This document shows positions 10,267-20,214 of a stretch of 64,000 nucleotides of DNA, in pieces; the first letter of the stretch is position 1, and the number at the start of each line of letters is the position of its first letter. This stretch comes from an uncultured Gammaproteobacteria bacterium (GTDB taxonomy: Bacteria > Patescibacteriota > Patescibacteriia > UBA11705 > JABHMO01), in NCBI GenBank assembly GCA_964486065.1, contig CAZAKN010000002.1, forward strand, positions 93,452 through 157,451. The letters run 5' to 3'. The notes beneath the pieces were generated by a model. That model was given only the letters and a program-made list of their open reading frames with translations. It did not search any database and was not told the origin of the DNA. The translations under genes and the position numbers were made by a program.

Positions 10267-11784
10267 ATGCACTATCTGATTTATGCGGTAATTGGCGTTG
10301 TTTTGGGTTTATTAATCGGCTATTTCATCAGAAAACAAATCGCTCGCCAAGAAGCTGATTCAGTGGAAGTTAAAATTAAAAATCAACTTGAAGAAGCAAG
10401 AAACAAAGAACGGGAAATCTTACTGAAAGCCAAAGACAAAGCCCTCGCCATTATTGATGAAGCTAAAAAAGAAGAAATTTCACGCAGAAAAGATTTAAAA
10501 GAACAACAAAACCGCTTGGAAAAAAGAGAAAACCTTTTTGACAAAAAACTTTTGGAACTGGAATCAAAGCAAGGCCGTCTGCAAGACAAAGCCAAAGAAA
10601 TTGAAGAAATCAAACAAGAAATCCAAAATTTGCGTCAAGAACAAGTGGAAAAATTGCAAAGCATCGCCGGACTGTCAGAAGAACAAGCCAAGGATTTACT
10701 TTTACAAAATGTAGAAGAAGACATGCAAGACGCTCTTATGAGTAGAATCAAAAAGTTGAGCGATGAAACTGCCACGGAAGTGGAAAATCAAGCCAACAAA
10801 ACTTTAATCAATGTAATTCAAAGATGTTCCATTTCTCACGCGGTGGAAGCCACCACCACGGTAGTGGATCTGCCCAGTGAAGAAATGAAAGGTCGCATTA
10901 TCGGTCGCGAAGGACGAAATATTCGCGCCATTGAACAATTGACCGGCGTGGAAATCGTGGTTGATGATACTCCTCAAGTAATTACTGTTTCCGGCTTCAG
11001 CCCGATTCGTCGCCATGTGGCCAAGAAAACTTTGGAAAAACTGATTACCGACGGACGCATTCATCCGGCCAGAATTGAAGAAACCATTGAAGAATCCAAA
11101 AAAGAAATCGCTTTGGATATTAAAAAAGCCGGCGAAGAGGCATGTTACGAAGTTGGGGTTACCGGACTTGATCCTAAACTGGTGCAAATCATCGGCCGAC
11201 TGAAATATCGCACCAGCTACGGTCAAAATGTTTTAAAACATAGTGTTGAAGTGTCCAGTATTTCCGCTCTCTTGGCGGAAGAACTCGGCGCCAATGTTAC
11301 GATTGCTAAAAAAGGCGGATTTTTGCATGATATCGGTAAAGCGGTTGATCATGATATTCAAGGAACTCATCCGGAAATCGGTCGCGATATCGCAAAAAAA
11401 TTCAAACTGCAAGAAGACCTTATCCCACCGATCGCCGAGCATCACGAAGATCATCCCTCAACTCTTGAAGCGGTTATCGTCAAGGTGGCCGACGCTATTT
11501 CCGGTGCCAGACCCGGAGCCAGAAAAGACACTTACGAAAGATACTTGCAAAGATTGGAAGAATTGGAAGGAATCGCCAAGCGCGTAGAAGGCGTTGATAA
11601 AGTTTACGCCATCCAAGCCGGTCGTGAAGTGCGAATTTTCATCAATCCGGAACAAATCAATGATGTTAAAGCGCATGAAGTCGCTTCAAAGATCGCCAAA
11701 GATATTGAAAGTGAATTAAAATACCCTGGCGAAATTAAAGTTACGGTTATCCGTGAAAACAGAGTTATTGAATTCGCCAGATAA
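10267..11784 (+). CDS. rny: Ribonuclease Y
   Basis: N-terminal TM, coiled coil, KH domain (MKGRIIGREGRNIR), HD domain (LHDIGK). Confidence 0.97.
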   Translation: MHYLIYAVIGVVLGLLIGYFIRKQIARQEADSVEVKIKNQLEEARNKEREILLKAKDKALAIIDEAKKEEISRRKDLKEQQNRLEKRENLFDKKLLELESKQGRLQDKAKEIEEIKQEIQNLRQEQVEKLQSIAGLSEEQAKDLLLQNVEEDMQDALMSRIKKLSDETATEVENQANKTLINVIQRCSISHAVEATTTVVDLPSEEMKGRIIGREGRNIRAIEQLTGVEIVVDDTPQVITVSGFSPIRRHVAKKTLEKLITDGRIHPARIEETIEESKKEIALDIKKAGEEACYEVGVTGLDPKLVQIIGRLKYRTSYGQNVLKHSVEVSSISALLAEELGANVTIAKKGGFLHDIGKAVDHDIQGTHPEIGRDIAKKFKLQEDLIPPIAEHHEDHPSTLEAVIVKVADAISGARPGARKDTYERYLQRLEELEGIAKRVEGVDKVYAIQAGREVRIFINPEQINDVKAHEVASKIAKDIESELKYPGEIKVTVIRENRVIEFAR

Positions 11785-11814
11785 TTAATTAAATCAATCT
11801 AGATCAATATTTTT

Positions 11815-11841
11815 AAAAGCCCCGCCTATGGCGGGGCTTTT
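11815..11841 (+). terminator. Intrinsic terminator after rny
   Basis: AAAAGCCCCGCC-TAT-GGCGGGGCTTTT. Confidence 0.8.
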
Positions 11842-11908
11842 TGTTGAAAATTTGCCACATTTTCCACGCTTTGATACTATATTTATACTAAAATTAATTC
11901 AAAAAAAT

Positions 11909-12712
11909 ATGGCTAATATAAAGATTTTGGCACTGGGAGACATTGTCGGCAAAATCGGTAGACGCGGGGTAATCACCGCCTTGCCTGAATTGAAAAAAAG
12001 ATACAAGCCCGACCTAGTGATAGCCAATGCGGAAAATTTATCCCATGGAAAAGGCGTCAGCGAGAAAACCTTAAATCAAATGATTGAAGCGGGAATTGAT
12101 TTTTTCACTTCCGGCAATCATATTTGGGACAATAAAAATGCGGATAAAATTTTCAATGAAAATAAATTACCGATTATTCGTCCGGCCAATTATCCAACCG
12201 GAGTTATCGGAGATGGCTATAAAATAATTGAAGTCGGGACTGCCAAGGTTTTAATTGCCAACCTGAACGGACGAGTTTTTTTCAGAGAAAATTTTGATTG
12301 CCCTTTTCGCGTGATGGAAAAAATCCTGGCTGACAACAAGCGAAAAAAAATTGATGCTATAATAGTGGATCTTCACGCTGAAGCTACCTCAGAAAAAAAA
12401 TCTTTTGCTCATTTTTTTGACGGCAAAATCAATTTAATCATGGGAACCCATACTCACACGCAAACCGCGGATGAACAGATTCTCCCTGGCGGAAGTGCCT
12501 TTATTTCCGACCTGGGAATGTGTGGCGCCAAACACTCCAGTCTGGGCATTGGATACGAAAGCGTAATTCGCAATTTTTTGGAACAAACTCCGGCATTGCA
12601 TGAGATACCGGAACACGGCACTTGCCAAATAAATGGAATTTTTGCTATAATTAAACAAGAAAAAGGAATTGCCAAATCCTTGGAAAGATTTCAAACCGAA
12701 GTGGAAATTTAA
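11909..12712 (+). CDS. ymdB: YmdB-like metallophosphoesterase
   Basis: GDIVGK, NAEN, TSGNH, DLHAEATSEK, GTHTH; adjacent to rny. Confidence 0.92.
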   Translation: MANIKILALGDIVGKIGRRGVITALPELKKRYKPDLVIANAENLSHGKGVSEKTLNQMIEAGIDFFTSGNHIWDNKNADKIFNENKLPIIRPANYPTGVIGDGYKIIEVGTAKVLIANLNGRVFFRENFDCPFRVMEKILADNKRKKIDAIIVDLHAEATSEKKSFAHFFDGKINLIMGTHTHTQTADEQILPGGSAFISDLGMCGAKHSSLGIGYESVIRNFLEQTPALHEIPEHGTCQINGIFAIIKQEKGIAKSLERFQTEVEI

Positions 12713-12771
12713 ATTAATATAGTTTTTAATAAATAATTTCTTTACAAAAAACACTTGCTTTTATTAATAAG

Positions 12772-13134
12772 ATGAAATCTATGAATAAAGCGGAACTTGC
12801 CGGCGTAATCGCCGATAAATGCTCGATTACCAAAAAACAAGCTGAAGACATGCTTGACGCCATGACCGCCACCATCATCAATACCATCAAAGATGGCGGA
12901 GAAGTAACCTTAACCGGCTTTGGCACTTTTTCAGCCAGAGTCAGAAAAGGTCGTGAAGGCGTCAACCCTCAAAATCCAGCTGAAAAAATCACCATTCCTC
13001 CCACAAAAGTAGTCAAATTCAAGGCCGGCAAAACCTTAAAAGATTCCTTGAAAGCCAGCGGATATGAATCCGCCCCCAATCCGGCACCGACAGAAACCGA
13101 GACAGAACCTCGAAATTCAATGGAAAACATGTAA
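12772..13134 (+). CDS. hup: HU family DNA-binding protein with a C-terminal tail
   Basis: MNKAEL..GFGTF..R.GVNPQ..KFKAGKTLK. Confidence 0.93.
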   Translation: MKSMNKAELAGVIADKCSITKKQAEDMLDAMTATIINTIKDGGEVTLTGFGTFSARVRKGREGVNPQNPAEKITIPPTKVVKFKAGKTLKDSLKASGYESAPNPAPTETETEPRNSMENM

Positions 13135-13239
13135 TATTTCCCATAAGCAAAAACGGCTCTCGTAAGCTGTTTTTGTTTTTTTGTTATTTGTTTTATTTAC
13201 CATGTTAAGTTATAATATTGACAAATAATGTCATAAATT

Positions 13240-13731
13240 ATGGGCAAAACAAATCAAAATCCTTGGCAAGAACATTTGGAAAAATTGGACGAACATTATG
13301 CTCCTGATAATTTTTTTGCCGAACAAAACAATAAACCTTCTTCCTTGGAAAAAATCACTGAAGATTATTTCGCTAATACCCTACCCGAATCTTTGGAAAT
13401 GCCTGAACAAGGACAACTGAATATTGATATTTTTGAAGATGAACAAAATCTCTATGTTATTGCTCCCATGGCCGGAGTGAATCCGGAAGAAATAAATTTA
13501 ACCGTGGAAAAAGATGTTCTGACTATCAAGGGAGGTCGCCGAGACAATTACACTGAGAATATCGGCGAATGCGTTTACCGTGAATGCTATTGGGGATCTT
13601 TCAGCCGTAGCATTATTTTGCCTTGTACGGTTAAAGAAAACGAAGTCAAGGCTGAATTTGAAAAACACATTTTAAAAATCACTTTACCGAAAGAAACGGA
13701 AAAACAAGCGGTTGAAATCAAAATCGCTTAA
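13240..13731 (+). CDS. Hsp20/alpha-crystallin small heat-shock protein
   Basis: IDIFED..MAGV..LTIKG..ECYWGSFSRSIILP..ILKITLPK. Confidence 0.92.
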   Translation: MGKTNQNPWQEHLEKLDEHYAPDNFFAEQNNKPSSLEKITEDYFANTLPESLEMPEQGQLNIDIFEDEQNLYVIAPMAGVNPEEINLTVEKDVLTIKGGRRDNYTENIGECVYRECYWGSFSRSIILPCTVKENEVKAEFEKHILKITLPKETEKQAVEIKIA

Positions 13732-13812
13732 ATTAAGATATGAAATATATTATCAAGCTTAAATTTTCCGATTTACATATTAAAATTTACATGCCAAGTT
13801 ATACAAGATAAT

Positions 13813-14022
13813 ATGCCCAATACCCAAGGTACAATTGACCGAATTGAAGAAGATCAAGCCGTGCTGATCATGGAAAACGGCAAACAATTATTATTGCCAC
13901 AAGATAAATTTGACTTTCCGCTGGTCGCGGGGCAAAAAGTAAATATTTCAGTTACGGAAACCGCTGACCCAAAGCTTGAAGGCGAAGCGAAAAATATTAT
14001 CAATCGTTTATTGAACACTTAA
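13813..14022 (+). CDS. DUF3006-like small protein
   Basis: IDRIEEDQAVL N-terminal motif. Confidence 0.65.
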   Translation: MPNTQGTIDRIEEDQAVLIMENGKQLLLPQDKFDFPLVAGQKVNISVTETADPKLEGEAKNIINRLLNT

Positions 14023-14023
14023 T

Positions 14024-15964
14024 ATGAGAATTTTCAAACCCCGAGAAACCGAAAGTAAATTTTCCAAAATCGCCAGATGGTTGTTGCTCGGATTAACCAT
14101 CTTTTTTGTCATTGTGATAATTTTTTCTTCTTTGGTCGCCGCTTATAGTTATAAAAATCGCAATAATATTTTTCCCGGTGTTTCCGTCGCCGACATTGAA
14201 CTTGGTGGCTTGACAAAATCTCAAGCTCAAACGGTAATAATTGAAAAATTTCAACAAAATTTCCAAAACGGTTTTAATTTTACATTTAATACTGTTCGCA
14301 AAAAAATCAATAATGACAACACTGCCATTTTCTCATTAAACACGGAAAGTCTGGTGAATACGGCTTTTAATCAAGGACGCAACAAACATCCGATTATCAA
14401 CCACCTTGAAGTTTTACTTTTCCCTTTGTTTAAACGAACCATTCCTCTGGATTATAAATTTGACAAAGCCCAGCTACAAGAAAAATTAAAACAAGAATTC
14501 ACCGCTCTGGAACAACCGGTTAAACAAACCGAACTGCAAATTGAAATTTTGGATCAAAGCACCGGCAGTTATGATTTGTCATTGTCAGAACCGGCTTCAG
14601 GAAAAACTTTTCTCTACGGACAAGCGATCAATCAATTGCAAAATAGTCTTGAAGACTTAGAAAACCCGACCATTGAATTGACTCAGACAATTGAACACCC
14701 AAAAGTTACCGTCGATGAAGCTGAGAAAATGTTACAACAGGTGAAAGAAATTCTTAATTTGCATACCGTTAAACTAACTTATGAAGACAATGAATGGGAA
14801 ATACTTTGGACGGACTACGGACAATGGCTGACTTTTGATTTGGCTGACAATAATGTCGCCACTTTGTCTTTTAATCCTGAAATGGTCAATGTGCAATTGA
14901 CGGCCATGGCGCAAGAAATCAACAGCGAACCGATAAATGCTAAACTTCAAATGCTGGACGGAAAAGTAACGGAATTTCAGGCTAGTAAGCCGGGACGAAA
15001 TTTGGACTTTGAAAAAAACCACGAACAGTTGGTTCGGCAAATAACTCAAAATTTACAAAATCAGATTGAATTAATCGTTGACATTAAAAATCCGGAAATC
15101 AGCGTCGGCAACACCAATGAGTTGGGTATTCAAGAAATTATCGGCGTAGGTTGGTCCAACTTTTGGGGTAGCCCTTATAATCGTCGTCACAATATTGGCG
15201 TGGGCGCGGCGACTTTAAACGGAGTTTTGGTGGCTCCGGAAGAGGAATTCAAATTAGTTCCCACTCTCGGGAAAATTGACGCCGCCCATGGCTATCGCCC
15301 TGAATTAGTTATTAAAGAAAACTCCACCGTGCCTGAGTATGGCGGAGGACTTTGTCAAATCGCAACCACCATATTCCGCGCAGCTTTGGACGCGGGCTTG
15401 AAAATTACCGCGCGAAAAAATCACTCTTATCGCGTCGGCTACTATGAACCGGCCGGAACGGATGCCACGATTTATTCTCCTCAACCTGATTTTCGTTTTA
15501 TCAATGATACGAATAATTACATTTTAATTCAAACCAAAATTCAAGGGTATGATCTCACTTTTGAAATCTGGGGAACACATGATGGCCGAGAGGTAACCTT
15601 TGAAGGTCAAAAAAATGTTGATAATGTCAAAGATTTAGTTCCGCATATTTTTAATATAACCGCTCCCGGACCACCAAAGGAAATTGAAACAACCGAGCTG
15701 GAACCAGGCAAACGCCGTCAAGAAGAAACCGCTCATTACGGTGCCAGCACTTGGTTTAAAAGATTCATTAAAAGACCCGGCCAAACCGAGAATGAAGAAG
15801 AAACTTTTAGTAGCCATTATGTGCCTTGGCAGGCGGTATTTTTAGTCGGTGTTGATCCGGAAGCCAAAGAAAAACAAGCACAAGAAGATCTGGCGGAAGA
15901 ATCAGCCACCAATCAAGATGATTCAACGGAAAATAACGCGAATTCTGATGAAATAAATGAATAA
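14024..15964 (+). CDS. VanW-family membrane-anchored protein with peptidoglycan-binding repeats
   Basis: N-terminal TM; RRHNI..GGGLCQIATTIFRAAL..HSYRV.YY..G.DATI. Confidence 0.9.
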   Translation: MRIFKPRETESKFSKIARWLLLGLTIFFVIVIIFSSLVAAYSYKNRNNIFPGVSVADIELGGLTKSQAQTVIIEKFQQNFQNGFNFTFNTVRKKINNDNTAIFSLNTESLVNTAFNQGRNKHPIINHLEVLLFPLFKRTIPLDYKFDKAQLQEKLKQEFTALEQPVKQTELQIEILDQSTGSYDLSLSEPASGKTFLYGQAINQLQNSLEDLENPTIELTQTIEHPKVTVDEAEKMLQQVKEILNLHTVKLTYEDNEWEILWTDYGQWLTFDLADNNVATLSFNPEMVNVQLTAMAQEINSEPINAKLQMLDGKVTEFQASKPGRNLDFEKNHEQLVRQITQNLQNQIELIVDIKNPEISVGNTNELGIQEIIGVGWSNFWGSPYNRRHNIGVGAATLNGVLVAPEEEFKLVPTLGKIDAAHGYRPELVIKENSTVPEYGGGLCQIATTIFRAALDAGLKITARKNHSYRVGYYEPAGTDATIYSPQPDFRFINDTNNYILIQTKIQGYDLTFEIWGTHDGREVTFEGQKNVDNVKDLVPHIFNITAPGPPKEIETTELEPGKRRQEETAHYGASTWFKRFIKRPGQTENEEETFSSHYVPWQAVFLVGVDPEAKEKQAQEDLAEESATNQDDSTENNANSDEINE

Positions 15965-16010
15965 AATAAATAAAACAAAAACATGCCAATGGCATGTTTT
16001 TAATTTAAAT

Positions 16011-16138
16011 AAAAAACCTCTTTTACGGACAGACAAGAAATTTTTACTTAGGCGAAATCGAGCCAAAGCCTGATTTTACCTAGAAGCAAAAATTCCATGC
16101 TTGTCGTGTCTGCCCATAAAAGAGGTTTTTAAACTTAA
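16011..16138 (-). ncRNA. Candidate ~125-nt rod-shaped small RNA
   Basis: Long imperfect hairpin whose mismatches become G-U pairs on the minus strand; own promoter; ends in U6. Confidence 0.55.
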
Positions 16139-16144
16139 TATGCC

Positions 16145-16173
16145 ATTTTAGCGCATATTGGACAATTTGTCAA
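16145..16173 (-). promoter_or_regulatory. sigma70-type promoter for the 16.0-kb hairpin RNA
   Basis: TTGACA-N17-TAAAAT. Confidence 0.7.
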
Positions 16174-16318
16174 GCTTGCCCCCACACAACCTGACAAATC
16201 GTCTATTTTCCCAAACTAACAGCATTATAGCAATTCAAAAAGCCCCTTAACAGGGGCTTTTTATGCAGATTATATTAACAGTTTATGAACAATCCATTTT
16301 GAAACAATTTTTCTAAAT

Positions 16319-16894
16319 TTACTTAATAATCTTATCAATCAATTTATAATTCACCGCCTCTTCCGCAGTCATGTAATAATCACGATCCGCGTCTTTTTCA
16401 ATTTTTTTCAAAACCTGACCAGTATGTTTGGACAATATTTTATTCAAACTTTCCTTAACTTTCAAAATTTCTTCAGCTTGAATTTTAATATCACTGGCTT
16501 GACCTTGCGCTCCACCCATTACCTGGTGAATCATTACTTTTGAATTAGGTAAAATAAATCGTTTTCCCTTGGCACCGGCAGTTAAAAGAACCGCTCCCAT
16601 GCTGGCCGCCAATCCCACGCAAATAGTGCTAACATCGGGTTTTATGTATTGCATGGTATCGTAAATGGCCAAACCGGCGCTAACCGAACCACCGGGAGAA
16701 TTAACATATAGTTTAATATCTTTCTTGGGATCTTGGCTTTCCAGTAATAATAGCTGAGCTATTACCGTATTGGCAACGGTATCATCAATTCCACTGCCCA
16801 AAAAAATGATTCTATCCTTTAATAATCTTGAATAAATATCATAAGCTCTTTCTCCGTAATTGGTTTTTTCAATTACCGTTGGAACTAAATTCAT
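16319..16894 (-). CDS. clpP: ATP-dependent Clp protease proteolytic subunit
   Basis: [33 protein letters not shown]. Confidence 0.97.
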   Translation of the reverse strand: MNLVPTVIEKTNYGERAYDIYSRLLKDRIIFLGSGIDDTVANTVIAQLLLLESQDPKKDIKLYVNSPGGSVSAGLAIYDTMQYIKPDVSTICVGLAASMGAVLLTAGAKGKRFILPNSKVMIHQVMGGAQGQASDIKIQAEEILKVKESLNKILSKHTGQVLKKIEKDADRDYYMTAEEAVNYKLIDKIIK

Positions 16895-17020
16895 AAATTT
16901 TTTTTGATTATTTTTAATATAACTAATCATATTATTTATTAAGTCTTAAGTCAATGCTTGGTAAATACTCATATATTTGCCTAATTTAAGACAAAACATT
17001 ATATATATTATTTTTATCTA

Positions 17021-17049
17021 TTGACAAATATTTAATATTGTGCTATAAT
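17021..17049 (+). promoter_or_regulatory. Consensus sigma70 promoter
   Basis: TTGACA-N17-TATAAT with extended TG. Confidence 0.85.
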
Positions 17050-17055
17050 TCTATA

Positions 17056-17512
17056 TTAAAATCAATTAGTAATTCATCAAGTGATGTTGAGGAGAGAGAT
17101 TACTCTTTGCGAACACGGTCTTACGGGATTTTATTAATTTCAATCCGTCCCGGTAACACCGATCGCATTCCTCATCATCACTTGATGAATTAAATGAATC
17201 TTTAAATCAATTATCATTTCATTGATGGAGAGGAGAGAGAACGATTAATCCCTGCTAGGCTTTTATTAATTATCATTGAGCCATATCATATTAATCGCAT
17301 ATAGCGCCATCAACGCGTGTCTTCTTCATCAATGTGGTGATAATTTTTTCCATAAATAATCTTAATCAATCAAATGGGCTCTCGAGATGAGTAGACAGGC
17401 TCTAGGAGGGAATCTCTCTCCTCTATTCTCAACATGAGCAAGTCTGCTCCTCTTGGGAGCTCCCCCAAGTCAAAGAGGCAATCCCCCGTGGATTGACCTT
17501 TTTGCTTTTTTT
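17056..17512 (+). ncRNA. Candidate large three-domain structured ncRNA of unknown family
   Basis: Three long stem-loops (17070-17192, 17209-17345, 17376-17462) between a consensus promoter and a terminator (17471-17512); shared motifs; no ORF. Confidence 0.7.
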
Positions 17513-17606
17513 ATAAACATTTTCAACTTAAGGTCAAGAGGACAACTCTTTTGAGCGACCGGCTTTTTTGTGATAAAATATCAAAGTAATAATAATTTTC
17601 ACCCAC

Positions 17607-20195
17607 ATGGGGAGACGCAAGAAAAAAAGATATCAATTGGCCGAGTTTTATGCTCTCAGCCCGGAAACAAAAAAAGGTATTTTCATTATTTTTTTATTCG
17701 CGATTTCAATTTTAAGTATTTTGGGATTTTTGGGATTGGCCGGCAAGGCCGGAATTTATATTGATTGGGGATTGAGCTTGGCATTTGGCATAGGGCGCTA
17801 TGCAGTGCCTTTTATTTTAATTTTGCTCGGCTATGTTCTCGCCAGACCCAGCCGTTATGAATTGAGTATTCCGAATTACTTGGGGATTTTGGTTTTTGTT
17901 TATTCCTTATTTGCTTTAATGCATATTCGTGAACCGTTTAAGCCTGTTTTTGAAATACCATTCACCGGCACGGGTGGAGGCTTTACCGGTTATTTAGCCG
18001 GTTATCCGGTATTTTTATATTTAGGTTTTTGGGGTGGCTTAATCACCCTAATCGCACTGTTGATTATTTCTTTATTACTAATGTTTAATACCAGCATTGA
18101 ATCCATCTTGGGGAAAATCAATATTTTCCGTTTGTTTTCAAGAATTAAAGATGAAAACGAGGAAGAAGAATATGAAGATGACGATGATGAAGAGTATGAA
18201 GATGAAGATGAAGATGAAGATGAAGATGAAGAATATGAAGACGAAACGGAAGATAAAGAAGTTGAATCTACTCCGACTCAACCGGCACCCGCGCCTCAAG
18301 CACCCGCGCCGACTTTGTCTGATAATGATTTACCCGGAAAACGCATTGTAGCGCCAAAAATAAAAGTTGATATACCTCTCAGCTTATTGGACAAAGCAGG
18401 AGGGAAACCTTCCACCGGAGACCTGCAAGCCGGCATGGATAAAATTGAAAAAACTTTGAAAAATTTCAATATTGAAGTGGAAATGGATGGCGTCCGCGTC
18501 GGTCCGACCGTTACTCAATATACTTTAAAACCAAGTCAAGGTGTAAAACTTTCACGCATCACCGCTTTGTCCAATGATTTGGCTTTGGCTTTAGCCGCGC
18601 ATCCGATCAGAATTGAAGCTCCCATTCCGGGTAAATCATTGGTTGGTATTGAAGTTCCGAATACCAAAGCGGCCACGGTTAAAATCCGTGAAATCATGCA
18701 ATCAAAATCTTTTAAAACTCGCGACTCAAATTTACACATGGTTCTGGGGAAAGATGTTGGAGGCAAATGTTGGACTTACAATTTGGCGAAAATGCCTCAT
18801 TTATTAGTGGCCGGTTCCACCGGTTCCGGAAAAAGTGTTTGTCTAAACAATATCATTATCAGCTTACTGTATCAAAATAACCCCGACAGCCTGCGTTTGA
18901 TTTTGGTTGATCCAAAACGAGTTGAATTCCCAATTTATAATGGAATCCCGCATTTGCTAACTCCGGTTATCACGGATGTCACCAAAACCGTAAATGCTTT
19001 AAAATGGGCCATCACGGAAATGGACAGCCGCTTTGACACTTTATCAAAAGTAAATAAACGCAATATTGAAGATTATAATAAATATGTAAGTAAATCTGAC
19101 AAATTGCCCTACATTGTAATAATCATTGATGAGCTAGCCGACTTGATGATTGCCGCGGCCGCTGAAGTTGAAAACTCCATCATTCGCTTAACGCAAATGG
19201 CTCGTGCCGTGGGAATTCACCTGATCGTGGCGACACAAAGACCTTCCGTTGATGTGATTACCGGTTTGATTAAAGCAAACATTCCAAGTCGTATTGCTTT
19301 CAGTGTAGCTTCTTTGATGGATTCCCGAACCATCCTGGACTCTTCGGGAGCGGAAAAATTAATCGGTCGCGGAGACATGTTGTTTTTAACTCCGGCCATT
19401 AACACACAGCACAGAATCCAAGGCGCGTTTTTAAGTGATGATGAAGTGCGCAAAGTGGTTAAATTTTTGAAAAACGCCAGTCAAGGCGAAACCGCTTACA
19501 TTGAAGATGTTACTGAAAAACGAACAGGCGCCGGAGGAACCAAGGATTTCAGCGGAGATCATGGTGATGACCTTTTTGAAGACGCCAAAGCCACGGTTAT
19601 TCAATCTGGCAAAGCTTCTGCTTCTCTTTTACAAAGAAGACTTCGAGTCGGTTACGCGCGAGCCGCTCGTCTAATAGATTTACTGGAAGAAGCCGGCATT
19701 GTCGGTCCGGCCGAAGGAGCCAAACCGCGAGAAATATTGATTGATCCGAACGCTCCCGAAAGCGTTCCATCCTTTGAAGAGAATCGCCCCGATCCGGCCA
19801 AAGATTATTCCGCTACCGCCTTGCAAATGAACCATTCTGATGAGGATTCTTCAGGTGAAGAAGATGAAAATCTTGACGAAGAGGATTACAACCAAGAGGA
19901 AGAAGATTTAGATGAAAATAATAATGATGAAAGCGATAATGAAGATGATGAGACAGAAGAAAACGCTAATGATCAATATGAGGAAGATGATGAAGATGAA
20001 TTTGACGAAGAAGATGAAGAAAACGATAACGATAATGATGAAACAGATGATGAAGATGGTGAAACCGAAGAAAGCGAAGATGATAAAAATGACTATAACT
20101 ACGAAGAAAGTGATGATAATGATGAAACTTTTGATGAAAAATCGCCAAAACAATTTCCCAAAAGAAAATCATCGGCGGAGGATGAAATCTATTAA
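17607..20195 (+). CDS. ftsK: DNA translocase FtsK/SpoIIIE with long acidic insertions
   Basis: 4TM N-terminus, PHLLVAGSTGSGKS, ATQRPSVDVITG, gamma domain (SASLLQRRLRVGYARAARL). Confidence 0.96.
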   Translation: MGRRKKKRYQLAEFYALSPETKKGIFIIFLFAISILSILGFLGLAGKAGIYIDWGLSLAFGIGRYAVPFILILLGYVLARPSRYELSIPNYLGILVFVYSLFALMHIREPFKPVFEIPFTGTGGGFTGYLAGYPVFLYLGFWGGLITLIALLIISLLLMFNTSIESILGKINIFRLFSRIKDENEEEEYEDDDDEEYEDEDEDEDEDEEYEDETEDKEVESTPTQPAPAPQAPAPTLSDNDLPGKRIVAPKIKVDIPLSLLDKAGGKPSTGDLQAGMDKIEKTLKNFNIEVEMDGVRVGPTVTQYTLKPSQGVKLSRITALSNDLALALAAHPIRIEAPIPGKSLVGIEVPNTKAATVKIREIMQSKSFKTRDSNLHMVLGKDVGGKCWTYNLAKMPHLLVAGSTGSGKSVCLNNIIISLLYQNNPDSLRLILVDPKRVEFPIYNGIPHLLTPVITDVTKTVNALKWAITEMDSRFDTLSKVNKRNIEDYNKYVSKSDKLPYIVIIIDELADLMIAAAAEVENSIIRLTQMARAVGIHLIVATQRPSVDVITGLIKANIPSRIAFSVASLMDSRTILDSSGAEKLIGRGDMLFLTPAINTQHRIQGAFLSDDEVRKVVKFLKNASQGETAYIEDVTEKRTGAGGTKDFSGDHGDDLFEDAKATVIQSGKASASLLQRRLRVGYARAARLIDLLEEAGIVGPAEGAKPREILIDPNAPESVPSFEENRPDPAKDYSATALQMNHSDEDSSGEEDENLDEEDYNQEEEDLDENNNDESDNEDDETEENANDQYEEDDEDEFDEEDEENDNDNDETDDEDGETEESEDDKNDYNYEESDDNDETFDEKSPKQFPKRKSSAEDEIY
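18198..18230 (+). repeat. (GAAGAT)n microsatellite encoding ED repeats in the FtsK linker
   Basis: About 5.5 perfect hexamer copies. Confidence 0.8.
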
Positions 20196-20214
20196 TCATC
20201 TTTAATCATTAATT

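Noticed and set aside
17070-17462. CRISPR array interpretation of the repeated units
   Set aside because: Only short motifs recur, units are ~140-nt folded domains, and there are no cas genes in the window
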